45,150 bases of DNA from Chiloscyllium plagiosum (GCF_004010195.1 NC_057750.1:13443852-13489001); one strand, 5' to 3'. Positions 10,838 through 22,223 are shown, counted from the stretch's first letter. The notes: generated by a model not told the origin, from the letters alone. Numbers and translations are program-made.

Positions 10838-11352
10838 CAACATAGAAAGAGGCCATTCGGTCCATCAAGTCTTCATCAACCCTAGCCTGCACATCCCAGG
10901 ACTTTGTGGGTAATTCCCCATGGCCAACCCACCCAGCCTGCACATCCCTGGACACTATGGGTAATTTCCCATGGCTAACCCACCCAGCCTGCACATCCGT
11001 GGATACTATAGGTAATTTCCCATGGCTAAGCCACCCTAACATGCACATCCCTGGACACTATGGGTAATTTCCCATGGCTATCCCACCCTAACCTGCACAT
11101 TCCAGGACACTGTTGGTAATTTCCCATGGCTAACCCACCCTAACCTGCACATCCCAGGACAGTATAGGTAATTTCCCATGGCTAACCCACCCTAACCAGC
11201 ACATCCCTGGACACTATGGGTAATTTCCCATGGCTAACCCACCCTAACCTGCACATCTTTCGACTGTGGGAGGAAGCCCATAGAGGCACTGTAGGCTGAG
11301 AATTGAACCTGGATCCGAGGAGCTGTGAGACAGTAGTGCTCATCACTGTGCT
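10838..11352 (-). mobile_element. HE1-type SINE with seven tandem ~52-bp internal units
   Basis: Unit CCTAACCTGCACATCCCTGGACACTATGGGTAATTTCCCATGGCTAACCCAC repeated 7 times (10881-11242) between the SINE tail and head. Confidence 0.85.
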
Positions 11353-11687
11353 GTACCAATATCGTCATTGAAGACAGCCCATTGTTTAGGTCGAATTTTG
11401 GAGTAGACTGTTTATCTCCTGTACTCACTCTGCTATTTAATGAGGTACTAATTTATCTGATTGAGCCCTCACACTCACACTCCCACCTGCCCCTAATAAT
11501 CTTTGCCTCCTTTCCTCGTGAACTCTGTCTTGAAGATATTCAACTGTCCTGCCTGTACTGCTCTTTGGGGAAGAATATTCCAGAGATTCACGACCCTCCA
11601 TGAGAAAAAATAGTTCTTATTTCCATCTTAAATGGGAGAATTTTAATTTTTTAAATGGTGTCCCTAATTCTAGTCTCTCCCACAACA

Positions 11688-12440
11688 AGGGTAGGACTTG
11701 TATGATAAATGATAGGGCCTTGGGTAGTGTCGTGGAACAGAGGGACCTCGGGGTCCAGGTACATGATTCTTTGAAGTTTGTGTCATGTATAGACGGGGGG
11801 GGGGGGACGGGGGACGGGGGGTTAAAAGGCATTTGGCACGCTTGCCTTCTCAGTCCTTTGAGTATAGAAGTTGGAACGTCACGTTGAGGTTGCGCAGGAT
11901 GTTGGTGAGGCCACTACCTGAGTACTGTGTCCAGTTCCGGTCGCCTTGTTATTGGAAGGATATTATTAAACTGGAGAGGGTTCAGAAGAGATTTACCAGA
12001 ATGTTGCCGGGTATAGAAGGTTTCAGTTCTAAAGAAAGGCTGGATAGGCTGGGACTTTGTTCTCTGGAGTGTAGGAGGTCGAGAGACGACCCTGATAGAG
12101 GTTTATAAAACAATGATGGGTATAGATAGAAGTAATGGGAGTTACCTTTACCCTTGGATGGGGGATTTCAAGACCAGGGAATACATTTTTAAGGTGAGAG
12201 AAGAGAGATTTAAAAAATACATGAGGGGCAAATGATTTTACACAGAGAGTGGTTTGTGTGTGGAACGAACGTCCTGAGGAAGTGGTGGATGTGGATAGAG
12301 TTACAACGTTTAAAAGACATTTGGATAAGTTCATGAATAGGAAAGGTTTAGAGGGATATGGGCCAGGAGCAGACAGGCAGGACTAGTTTAATTTGGGATT
12401 ATATTTGGCGCAGACTGATTAGACCGTGCATATGACTCTA
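11688..12440 (+). mobile_element. HER1/CR1 LINE 3' fragment
   Basis: EQRDLGVQVHDSLK...LVRPLPEYCVQFRSPCYWKDIIKLERVQKRFTRMLPG. Confidence 0.9.
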
Positions 12441-12569
12441 TGGCTCTATAATGGGAAACATCCCCTCAGAATCTTCCCTGTTTCAAAAAGATTACCTCCC
12501 ATGTTTCTAAACTCCAATGGGCACAGACCCAGGCTGTCCAGCTTTTTGTTCATAAAGCAACCTCCTGAT

Positions 12570-13375
12570 CCCACTGGCTTGTTAACCCCGAGACCTGGGC
12601 AATGTTCTGGGGACCTGAGTTCGAATCCTATCAAGGCAGATGATGGAACTTGAATTCAATTTTTAAAAAAAATCTGAAATTAAGAGTCTAACGATGGCCA
12701 TGAAGCCATTGCTGATAGGAAAACCCATCTGGTTCATTAATGTCCTTCCGGGAGGGAGATCTGCCATCCTTACCTGGTCTGGCCTATATGTGACTCCAGA
12801 CTCACAGCGATGTGGTTGACTGTCAACTGCCATCTGGGTAATTAGAGACGGGCAATAAGTGTTTGGCCCAGCCAGCAATACTTTGGAGAGGGCGCAAAGG
12901 GGGTTTACCAGGGTGCTGCCGGGAATGGAGGGCTAGTCGTACGAAGTGAGTTGAATAAGCTCGGACGTTTCTCTCTGGAGAGAAGGAGGAAGAGAGGAGA
13001 CCTGATCGAGGTATACAAGGTAATGAGAGGCATAGATAGAGTCAATAGCCACAGACTTTTCCCCAGGGCAGGGTTGACTGGCACGAGGGGGCCTAGTTTG
13101 AAGACATTAGGAGGAAGGTATCAAGGAAATGGCAGAGGTAGCTTCTTTACACAGAGAGTTGTGAATGCATGAAATGCGATGGTGGTGGAAGCAGAGTAAT
13201 TAGGGACATTTAACCGACTGCTGGACATACACATGGATAGCAGTGAGTTGAGGAGTGCGTAGGTTCATTTTAGATTGGGATTAATCCTCTGTACAACACC
13301 GAAGGGCCTGTACTGCGCTGTGCTTTTCTATGTTCTATGTTCTAATACCCACATCCCGTGAGAGTGAATGATTCA
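12570..13375 (+). mobile_element. tRNA-derived SINE with a nested CR1 insertion (~12881-13344)
   Basis: SINE body with GTTCGAATCC B box; its 3' end CCCACATCCCGTGA is displaced to ~13348; AATAC occurs at both CR1 junctions (possible TSD). Confidence 0.75.
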
Positions 13376-13573
13376 GTCGAGTGAACATTCTCTGAACTGA
13401 TTTGAATGTGTTTTATGAATTGAGTCAGTTTTATTGTCACATGTATTCAAATGAGGAGAATGAAAAGTTTATAAGTCACCATCTTAGTTACAAGGTTCCT
13501 TGGTACAGAATTCTTCAGCACAAATTCTTGGAAAAAGAATTACAAGAAAAAAAAAATCAAAGTCCAACATTAC

Positions 13574-14025
13574 AAAGATTTACAAGGATGTTGCCAGGGT
13601 TGGAGGGTGAGAGGCTGAACAGGCTGGGGCTGTTTTCCCTGGAGCGTCGGAGGCTGAGGGGTGACCTTTGAGGGGTTTACAAAATTATGAGGGGCATGGA
13701 TAGGATAAATAGACAAAGTTTTTTCTCTGGGATCGGGGAGTCCAGAACTAGAGGGCATAGGTTTAGGGTGAGTGGGGAAATATATAAAAGGGACCTAAGG
13801 GGCAACTTTTTCACACAGAGGGTGGTACGTGTATGGAATGAGCTGCCAGAGGAAGTGGTGGAGGCTGGTACAATTACAACATTTAAAAGGCATTTGGATG
13901 GGGATATGAATAGGAAGGGTTTGGAGGGATATGGGCCGGGTGCTGGCAGGTGGGACTAGATTGGGTTGGGATATCAGGACGGCATGGACGGGTTGGACCG
14001 AAGGGTCTGTTTCCACGCTATGACT
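13574..14025 (+). mobile_element. HER1/CR1 LINE 3' end
   Basis: QRFTRMLPGLEG..LNRLGLFSLERRRLRGDL...FFTQRVVRVWNELPEEVVEAGTITTFKRHLD. Confidence 0.9.
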
Positions 14026-14389
14026 GTATTACAGAGCTTTGTAATAAATCATTTGATATTCTTTCTTTAGTAACGCATGCACAGTACACCGGCTGTATGC
14101 TCAACAATGGTCTACATAAGTCCAGAAGAACATTCCTAGTTTTATATTACAGCACAGAAATGCAGATCTGAAGCGAATGCAGAAATCGCTGGAGAAACTC
14201 AGCAGCATCTGTGCGGAGAGAAAGCAAAGTGAGTGCAAGGTTCTCATCAGAACCGACAGCAGCTCAGGGATGGGCAAACAGGTAGTTGGAGAGACAGCCC
14301 AGAGCGAGAGAGCGGGGTATGAAAGGGGATGGGTCAACAGGAGACAGAGGAGAAGCTGAATAAGTGATATGGAGGGCGAAGGATGGGAG

Positions 14390-14740
14390 AGAATCCTGAG
14401 GGGCGTGGATAGCGTGAAAATCCAAGGTCTTTTCCCCAAGGTAGGGGAGTTCAAAACTTGAGGGTATCGGTTAAAGGTGACAGGGGAAAGATTTAAAAGG
14501 GACCTGAGGGGCAACATTTTCACACAGAGGGTGGAATGAGCTGCCAGAGGAAGTGGTGGAAGCTGGTACAATTACAACATCTAAAAGGCATCTGGATGGG
14601 GACATGAATAGGAAGGGGTTTAGAGGGATATGGATCAAGTGCTGGCAAATGGGACTAGATTAGGTTAGGATATCTAGTCAATATGAACGAGTTGGACTGA
14701 AGGGTCTGTTTCCATGCTGTGTGACTCTCTGACTCTATGA
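14390..14740 (+). mobile_element. HER1/CR1 LINE 3' end
   Basis: GGGACCTGAGGGGCAACATTTTCACACAGAGGGTGG...GAAGGGTCTGTTTCCATGCTGT, then GACTCTAT tail. Confidence 0.85.
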
Positions 14741-14754
14741 TATGATAAGTGAAG

Positions 14755-14850
14755 TCGAGAATGTGGCGCTGGGAAAGCACAGCAGGTCAGGCAGCATCCG
14801 AGGAGCAGGAGAGTCGACGCTTTGGGCATAAGCCCTTCATCAGGAAGTGG
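14755..14850 (-). mobile_element. Penelope-type repeat remnant
   Basis: AAAGCACAGCAGGTCAGGCAGCATCCGAGGAGCAGG...GGGCATAAGCCCTTCATCAGG; the reverse strand has CTGATGA and stem II with a mutated GAAA. Confidence 0.6.
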
Positions 14851-14879
14851 ATGAAGATCACCATAAGTGGACTAAGGTT

Positions 14880-15350
14880 GACTGATTAATTGCTTGTTGT
14901 CGCATGCACCGAGATACAGTGAAAAGTGTTGTTTTGCGTGCTATACAGGCAGATGGTACCACGCAAAATGCATTGGGGTAACACAACAGAGTGTAGAATA
15001 TAGTGTTGGAGCTGCAGAGAAGGTGCAGAGAGAGATCAGAATTAACATTTGAGAAGTCTGTACAGAAACGTCTGATAATAGCGGGGAAGAAGCTGTTCTT
15101 GAATCTGTTAGCACATGTATCCAAAAATATATATCTTCTGCCTGTAAGAAGAGGGTGGAAGAGATTCTAACCGGGGTGGGAGGGGTCTTTGATGATGTTG
15201 GCTGCCTTCCAGAGGCAGTGGGAAGTGTAGATGGAGTCAGTGGGTGGGAGGCTGGTTTGTGTGATGGACTGGGCTGTGTGATGGACTGGGCTGGGTTCAC
15301 AGCTCTCTGTAGTCTCTTACAGTCCTGGGCAGAGCAGTTGCTGCACCAAA
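14880..15350 (-). mobile_element. Rex1/Rex-Babar LINE 3' fragment
   Basis: WCSNCSAQDCKRLQRAVNPAQSIT...NRFKNSFFPAIIR; 3' UTR shared with 2601-3221. Confidence 0.8.
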
Positions 15351-15703
15351 CCGTGGTGAATATGGATAGTGTGGGCGAGGATGGGTTGGCTGTGATGGAA
15401 ACGATGTACCGAGAGGAGCAGGGGGTGGAGGTGGATAGCGAAACACAGAAGGATGGAATCACGTTCTAAAGTTATTGTGAAGGAGGGAGTGGGGTCCCAG
15501 CCCATTCCCTGATACGGAATCTGCGGCTTTTGAGGCTGACCCTAGCTGCGAAGGGGAGAGAGAGAGAGAGAAAGGAAACTGCTCTGCCTGGTTTCCGAGG
15601 GAACGAGAAACCGAAACTGAGATTTGGAAACAGAAACTCCCGGGCAGACTGAAACTGGGGGAAGAAGACTCAGTGAACCTGAAACATTAAAATTTCCTAC
15701 ATC

Positions 15704-16205
15704 GAATCCCTAGAGTGTGTAACCAGGCCATTCGGCCCAACAAGTCCACACCGACCCTCAGAAGAGTAACCCACCCAGACCCATTCCCCTATTGGAGTGA
15801 TGCTGGAAGTACACAGCAGGTCAGGCAGCATTCAAGGAGCAGGAAGATTGATGTTTTCATAAAGGGCCTTTGCCCAAAACATCGATTTTCCTGCTCCTCG
15901 GATGCTGCCTGACCTGCTGTGCTTTTCCAGCACCACACTAATCTCCAGCACCCACTTCCACCATTCCCCCATTACTCTACATTTACCCCTGTCTAATGCA
16001 CCTAACCTACACATCCCTGAACACCGTGAGCTATTTAGCTCGGCCAATTCACCCGAACCAGCGCATCCTCGGACTGTGGGAGGAAACCGGAGCACCCGGA
16101 GGAAACCCCACGCAGACACGGGGAGAACGTGCAAACTCCACGCAGACAGTCACCCGAGGGTGGAATCGAACCCAGGTCGCTGGCGCTGTGAGCCACCATG
16201 CTGCC
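15704..16205 (-). mobile_element. HE1-type SINE with a nested palindromic Penelope-type insert (~15792-15950)
   Basis: The SINE is broken at CCCATTCCCC, which recurs at ~15960; the insert has inverted arms GCTGGAA..CACAGCAGGTCAGGCAGCAT / ATGCTGCCTGACCTGCTGTG..TTCCAGC. Confidence 0.75.
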
Positions 16206-16320
16206 CATCCGTCACTTCTCTCCACAGATCACAGATGCTGTCAGACCTGCTGAGCTTTTCCAGAACACTTTATTCTTGAAACAGGGGGAGGCGAGGTGAA
16301 TGGGTACAAGCTGGTCAGAA

Positions 16321-17057
16321 GGGTCCTGGGGTGCAGGGGTGTTGGGTCCTGGGGTGCAGGGGTGTTGGGTCCTGGGGTGCAGGGCAGGTGGGTCCTGGGG
16401 TGCAGGGGTGTTGGGTCCTGGGGTGCAGGGGTGTTGGGTCCTGGGGTGCAGGGGTGTTGAGTCCTGGGGTGCAGGGGTGTTGGGTCCTGGGGTGCAGGGG
16501 TGTTGGGTCCTGGGGTGCAGGGGTGTTGGGTCCTGGGGTGCAGGGGTGTTGGGTCCTGGGGTGCAGGGGTGTTGGGTCCTGGGGTGCAGGGGTGTTGGGT
16601 CCTGGGGTGCAGGGGTGTTGGGTCCTGGGGTGCAGGGGTGTTGGGTCCTGGGGTGCAGGGGTGTTGGGTCCTGGGGTGCAGGGGTGTTGGGTCCTGGGGT
16701 GCAGGGGTGTTGGGTCCTGGGGTGCAGGGGTGTTGGGTCCTGGGGTGCAGGGGTGTTGGGTCCTGGGGTGCAGGGCAGGTGGGTCCTGGGGTGCAGGGGT
16801 GTTGGGTCCTGGGGTGCAGGGGTGTTGGGTCCTGGGGTGCAGGGGTGTTGGGTCCTGGGGTGCAGGGGTGTTGGGTCCTGGGGTGCAGGGGTGTTGGGTC
16901 CTGGGGTGCAGGGGTGTTGGGTCCTGGGGTGCAGGGGTGTTGGGTCCTGGGGTGCAGGGGTGTTGGGTCCTGGGGTGCAGGGGTGTTGGGTCCTGGGGTG
17001 CAGGGGTGTTGGGTCCTGGGGTGCAGGGGTGTTGGGTCCTGGGGTGCAGGGGTGTTG
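16321..17057. repeat. 23-bp G-rich minisatellite (GGGTCCTGGGGTGCAGGGGTGTT), ~32 copies
   Basis: Near-perfect tandem array; the variant unit GCAGGGCAGGTGGG occurs at ~16380 and ~16770. Confidence 0.95.
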
Positions 17058-17645
17058 GTGCGTGTGTGTGTGTGAGTGTGTGTGTGTGTGTATGTGTGTA
17101 TACGTGTGTGTGTGTGAGTGTGTGTGTGTGTGTATGTGTGTATACGTGTGTGTGTGTGAGTGTGTGTGTGTGTGTATGTGTGTATACGTGTGTGTGTGTG
17201 AGTGTGTGTGTGTGTGTATGTGTGTATACGTGTGTGTGTGTGAGTGTGTGTGTGTGTGTATGTGTGTATACGTGTGTGTGTGTGAGTGTGTGTGTGTGTG
17301 TATGTGTGTATACGTGTGTGTGTGTGAGTGTGTGTGTGTGTGTATGTGTGTATACGTGTGTGTGTGTGAGTGTGTGTGTGTGTGTATGTGTGTATACGTG
17401 TGTGTGTGTGAGTGTGTGTGTGTGTGTATGTGTGTATACGTGTGTGTGTGTGAGTGTGTGTGTGTGTGTATGTGTGTATACGTGTGTGTGTGTGAGTGTG
17501 TGTGTGTGTGTATGTGTGTATACGTGTGTGTGTGTGAGTGTGTGTGTGTGTATGTGTGTGTCTGTGTGAATGTGTGTGTGTGAGTGTGTGTGAATGTGTG
17601 TATGTGTGTGTGTGTGTGTGTGTGTGTTCAGGCGTGTGTGTGTGT
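17058..17645. repeat. (GT)n-derived 42-bp higher-order repeat, ~11 copies
   Basis: TACGTG recurs exactly every 42 bp from 17101 to 17521. Confidence 0.9.
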
Positions 17646-17889
17646 TTCTTTGCTGTGAACACCGAGATATGGCATTCACTGGAGAGGCATTCAAAGAAAC
17701 AGCCTTCGTCTCATTTTCTCTCAAAGAAGAAATTTGTGAACGCTGAATGCTTCAAATATTAGGACTCCTAACTGTTTCCTGGCCGAATCTGACATGTGGT
17801 CTGAAAATCTTCCGTCTGTCTGTGTCCGACGGTAATCTGACTTCATCGACAAGAAATTAAAGGAACTGTGAGGAGATCATCACATGCCA

Positions 17890-18185
17890 TACTGAGGGAA
17901 TGCTGCATTGTCAGAGGCAGTGCCTTTTGGATGAGAGATTGGACAGCTCTCTCAGGTAGGAGGAAGTGAGGACTGCAGATGCTGGAGGTCAGAGTTCAGA
18001 GTGTGTTGCTGGAAAAGCACAGCTGTCAGGCAGCATCCGAGAAGCAGGAGAATCGACGTTTCGGGCACAAGCCCTTCATCAGGAAGGGCTGTTCTCTCAG
18101 GTGGTAGATCTCTTGATCCAATGGCCTTCTGGGTAATAGGTGAGGACCTGTTCGGTCCTGACCATATTTATTCCTGACCCAGCAT
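17890..18185 (+). mobile_element. Ancient Deu-domain SINE relic (SacSINE1/AmnSINE1-like) split by a Penelope-type insert (~17960-18090)
   Basis: TACTGAGGGAATGCTGCATTGTCAGAGG..GCCTTTTGGATGAGA...CTCTCAGGT resembles the Deu domain as I recall it; TCTCTCAGGT is duplicated on both sides of the insert. Confidence 0.55.
18051..18085 (-). ncRNA. Minimal hammerhead-ribozyme-like motif with intact core
   Basis: Reverse strand: TTC-CTGATGA-A-GGGC(TTGT)GCCC-GAAA-CGTC-GATT; palindromic ACGT stem III and GUC triplet; stem I is weak. Confidence 0.5.
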
Positions 18186-18404
18186 GTGGCAGTTGATTCA
18201 TCATTGATGCTCCAAGGACAAAAATGCAAATCCCAAGATGGAATCTGAAAACAGTTAATAAACCTGCAATCGAAAGCTAAGACAATGATGGTACCTTTAA
18301 TCCCCATTGGCCTGAACACTCGTCTAGTTGACCAATACCCTTCCGGGGATAAGCTCTGGCCTCCAGTAATGGGAAAAGGCTGAGAAACGTTGAAATTAGA
18401 GGTT

Positions 18405-18678
18405 GGGGTGGCAAGGTGGCACAGTGGTTAGCACTGCTACCTCACAGCGCCAGAGACCCGGGTTCAATTCCCGCCTCAGGCAACTGACTGACTGTGTGGG
18501 TTTCCTTCCACAGTCCAAAAATGTGGAGGCCAGGTGAATTGGCCGTGCTAAATTGCCCACAGTGTGAGGTGCATTAGTCAGGGGTAAATATGGGGTGTGG
18601 GTGGGTTACTCTTCAGTAGGTCTGTGTCGACTTGTTGGGCTGAAGGGCCTGTTTCCATACTGTTGGGAATCTAATCTG
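18405..18678 (+). mobile_element. HE1-type V-SINE, near full length with an internal deletion
   Basis: GGTGGCACAGTGGTTAGCACTGCT (A box)...CCCGGGTTCAATTCC (B box)...GAAGGGCCTGTTTCC...AATCTAATCT tail. Confidence 0.85.
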
Positions 18679-19811
18679 AAACTCACTCATCCCAAGGGAC
18701 AGTTAGGAATGGGGGTAACATTTGGAAACAGTCAAGTTACCTCCTGTTTATACCTGTCAGCCAGGGATCCCTGAGTGGACCAGCTGAACAGCCCCAACTC
18801 CTATTCTATGAGGCCCACCAGACTGGCCTTGTTACAATCAATGCGGCCAGGGAAGAATGCATGAACCTGTTTGGGGGAGTTCGATCTGCAATTGCTCTCT
18901 ACATTGTTACGTTTCAGTAAAACCAAGCAGAGTTGAAACGCTCTGACCTTTGTGTTCTGAATAAGTCCAGGTTTCTGATGTGGAAGGCTTAGTAAAGAAC
19001 ACGGGGAGTACTTCAGTCAGGCTGCACTAGGGGGCACCCCTGCACCACAATATTGACCGCTGCGGGAGACTCGTTAATAATTGTCCGATTTTATTCATTC
19101 ACGGGAGGTGGGAGTCACTGGCTTGGGCCCGGCATTTATTGCCCGTCCCTAACTGACCCTTGAGAAGGTGGGGGTGAGCTGCTTTCTTGAACTGCTGCAG
19201 CCCGTGTGCTGTGGGTAGACCTACAGCACCGGTTCTAGACTTTTGACCCAGCCAGTATAGGCGACACATTTTCAAGTGCTGGAGCCTCTGAATACGCCCA
19301 AACCGACTTGCTCAGAGATGCTATTACAGAACCCCAAAAGGCAGGTGGGGGGCTTGAACCCACGCCTGCTGGACCAGAGGTAGGGACACTTCCACTGCAC
19401 CACACGAGGGCCGCTGCTTCATAAGACATGGGCTAACAGAAACGGGAGCAGTTTGACACGTAGACTGGATGGAGGTGAACCGAGGGGTGAGGGGTCTGAA
19501 ATTGAGGGGATGCGTAGGACCTATTTCCCTCAGCTGAGGGGGGGGGGGGGGAACGTGGATGGGGTGTCAGTGACAAGATGGAGGGAGGACAGGAAAGTGG
19601 AAAGTGGTCGGCTGAAGAGTTTGTGGAATTGAGTGAGTTGTTATTCATGCTGAGGGTGGGCCCAACCTGGGGCTTATCTGCCTGAAAGGGAGGTCCAGGC
19701 AGAAAGTCTCGACTCGGAGTCATCAAAAAAGGCCATTCGTCCATCCCCACCAGGATTGCTAAACTGAATCAGTCCCACTTGCTTGCACTTGGCCCATTTC
19801 CCTCTCAGGAG

Positions 19812-19996
19812 ACAGTGAGGCCTGCAGATGCTGGAGATCAGAGCCAAGAGTGTGGTGCTAGAAAAACACAGCCGATCAGGCAGCATCTGAGGAGCAGGAA
19901 CATCGACGTTCCTGATGAAGGGCTCCGGCCCAAAACATCGATTTTCCTGCTTCTGGGACGCTGCCTGACCTGCTGTGCTTTTCCAACAACACACAC
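19812..19996. mobile_element. Palindromic Penelope-type element nested in a reverse-strand CR1 tail
   Basis: Inverted arms around CTGATGAAGGGCTCCGGCCCAAAACATC; the CR1 tail continues on both sides (GGCCCATTTCCCTCTCA / CCCATACCCCTCTCA). Confidence 0.65.
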
Positions 19997-20989
19997 TGAA
20001 CCCATACCCCTCTCAACCTTTCCTATCCATGTACCCGTCCAAATATCTTTTAAATTTTGCAATTGTACCGGGGTTAAACCTGGGTGATAGCATGGTTGGG
20101 GAAGGGAGGGGGGAGAGCAGTTGGGGGTTGCGAGATGGTTTGCTTCTTGACCAGCACAGACAAGATGGGCAGATTGGCCTTCTCTTTGTGCTGCGAATGT
20201 TTCCACACCTTTGAGATATTCCAAACAGCTTAAGGGCGGGGGTGTGTGGGAGAGCACTGAAGAGGGACTGTTAAGTGATGGTTCCCCAGGAAGGCTAGGA
20301 CTGGCATGATGGCTTGAATGGCCTTCTCCTGTGCTGGGTGGGTTGCACGCTTTGACACTGATTGTCTTGGAGATGAATCAAGAACAGGCAAGACACATCA
20401 CAGGGTGTGGGGTAGGTGCAGACTCTTCAGCCTCAATAATGATGCAAGTTTATGTTTAGTGTTCGCTATTGGCTGCCGACTCCCGTCAGGTGGTCTCCAG
20501 GAGGCTCCATTGCCTGACATCCCAGAATGCCTCACTTCGTTTTCACCTTATAACCAGTTAAACAGAAGCATTTAACCAAATTCACAATAAAGCTCCCTTT
20601 GTTTCTATTGCTCTGCCCCCCCTCACCTCTCCTTGTGAGTTTTGGCATGGGGTAGGTGGAGATTAATACCCCCACAGGGCAACGCTGGACATTGGCGATG
20701 GGGCAAGGTGTGTGGGCCATCTGTGTGGGGGTGGAATGGGATCTCAATTGAGAGCAGAGAAGGAGGTGGGGAACTAAAGCAGGGCATAGCTCCATAGACA
20801 GAATAAATCATATAGTAGGTGCAACAATCCTCTGGCTAGAGGCAGTGAGAAGGTGAAATAAGGTTGGCCCAGGTGAGAGATTTGCACCCTCACATCCCCA
20901 TCTCCCTCCCTCGGTTGTGAACGAGAACACCCTTTGTGGAGGACACCTTCTGTAGTGACGTGTTCACTGATGACATTACATGCCTCAGG

Positions 20990-21270
20990 AGCAGTTGGGA
21001 CTTGAATTCAAGCTTCTGATCTACTGGTATGGGCAATACGACTGCATGAACTTGGGCTTCTTGTCTAGAGGTATGGGCAATACCACTGCATGAACTCGGG
21101 CTTCTGCTCTAGAGGTATGGGCAGTATCACTATATGAACTCAGGCTTCTGTTCTAGAGGTATGGGCAGTACCACTGTATGAACTCGGGCTTCTGCTCTAG
21201 AGGTATGGGCAGTATCGCTGTATGAACCCGGGCTTCTGCTCTAGAGGATGGGCAGTACCACTGTACCACC
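20990..21270 (-). repeat. 44-bp tandem repeat (6 units) derived from a tRNA-like SINE head
   Basis: TATGGGCA recurs at 21028, 21072, 21116, 21160 and 21204; the reverse strand runs GGTGGTACAGTGGT (A box) ... TTCAAGTCCCA (B-box-like). Confidence 0.75.
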
Positions 21271-22223
21271 TTCTTGACCTGTGGCAGTTAGGATTCTAAA
21301 GGTGGTCAATTGATAACCGCTTGAGGATCTCAAATTGCCAACTCCCTGATCACCATCTTTGCCAACGGGCGATAGATGTGGCTAATTTCCTACCTCGGAA
21401 ACCATGGCAACCAGTCTGCTTAGCGGGGGTGTGGGGGTGTTGGACTTCATTCACCCTCATCTTGGAGCCATCAGGGTCACCTTGGGAAGGGGTGTCCACA
21501 GCGCTGTGACCTCCACCAGAAAGTGGAGTGGGAATCTGGCTGGAATGGGGATTGGACCCCAATCCACGGGGAATGTCAGTCACAGTGGCAACCCATGTTT
21601 TTGCACGTGTATGACGGGCCACGGGCGGTTTTGGCATGAGGCCGCCATTTCCATTCCATCCCCACGGCTGCTCTGGGAGCCTCCCTCGCTCTCACAACCC
21701 ACCATCGTAAGCGTCGGAAAGGACTCAGCCCTCTTTGCCACCGGGTCCTGGATCTCCTGGCCAAGAGGCAGGGACGCTACCCCGTTGCACCACAAGACCT
21801 CGCCATCGTCATCATCACCACCTGGCCTCCTCATAACTTTGCGCATCTCAATTACATCTCCCTATCCATGTGCATTGCAAATAAATCATCCCCAGCCTAT
21901 CTAGTCCTTGCTATGAGCCACAGGCCATCCTTTGAGGCTACATATGAATATACCATCTGCCTCTCTCATGTGTGACTCCATCCCCCTCTATAACACGGTG
22001 ATTGGAATGTGATCAATGACCAGATCAGCTTCCATGCTGGTACTTGATGGATAAATCTTGCTCAGGGCACCTTTGGGAATGGCCTGCTCTTCCTCCATTG
22101 CCCCCAAGCGATCGTTAATACCTACTCGGTAGGGCAGATGGAGGTACCCTATAGACACCAACACATAAGGCCAACCAGGGCAGGGCTTACAGAGTTGGTG
22201 GGAGAGACCGAACAAAAGACCGA

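Noticed and set aside
10881..11242. CRISPR-like periodicity here and at 21010-21270, 31800-32170 and 33715-34715
   Set aside because: Units are head-to-tail with no unique spacers, there are no cas genes, and the DNA is vertebrate.
16241..17724. ORFs of 412-473 aa on both strands
   Set aside because: Products of stop-free 23-bp and GT-based tandem repeats; all frames read as the same repeat.
18405..18480. tRNA genes at A-box/B-box motifs
   Set aside because: No complete cloverleaf; each head continues into a SINE body.
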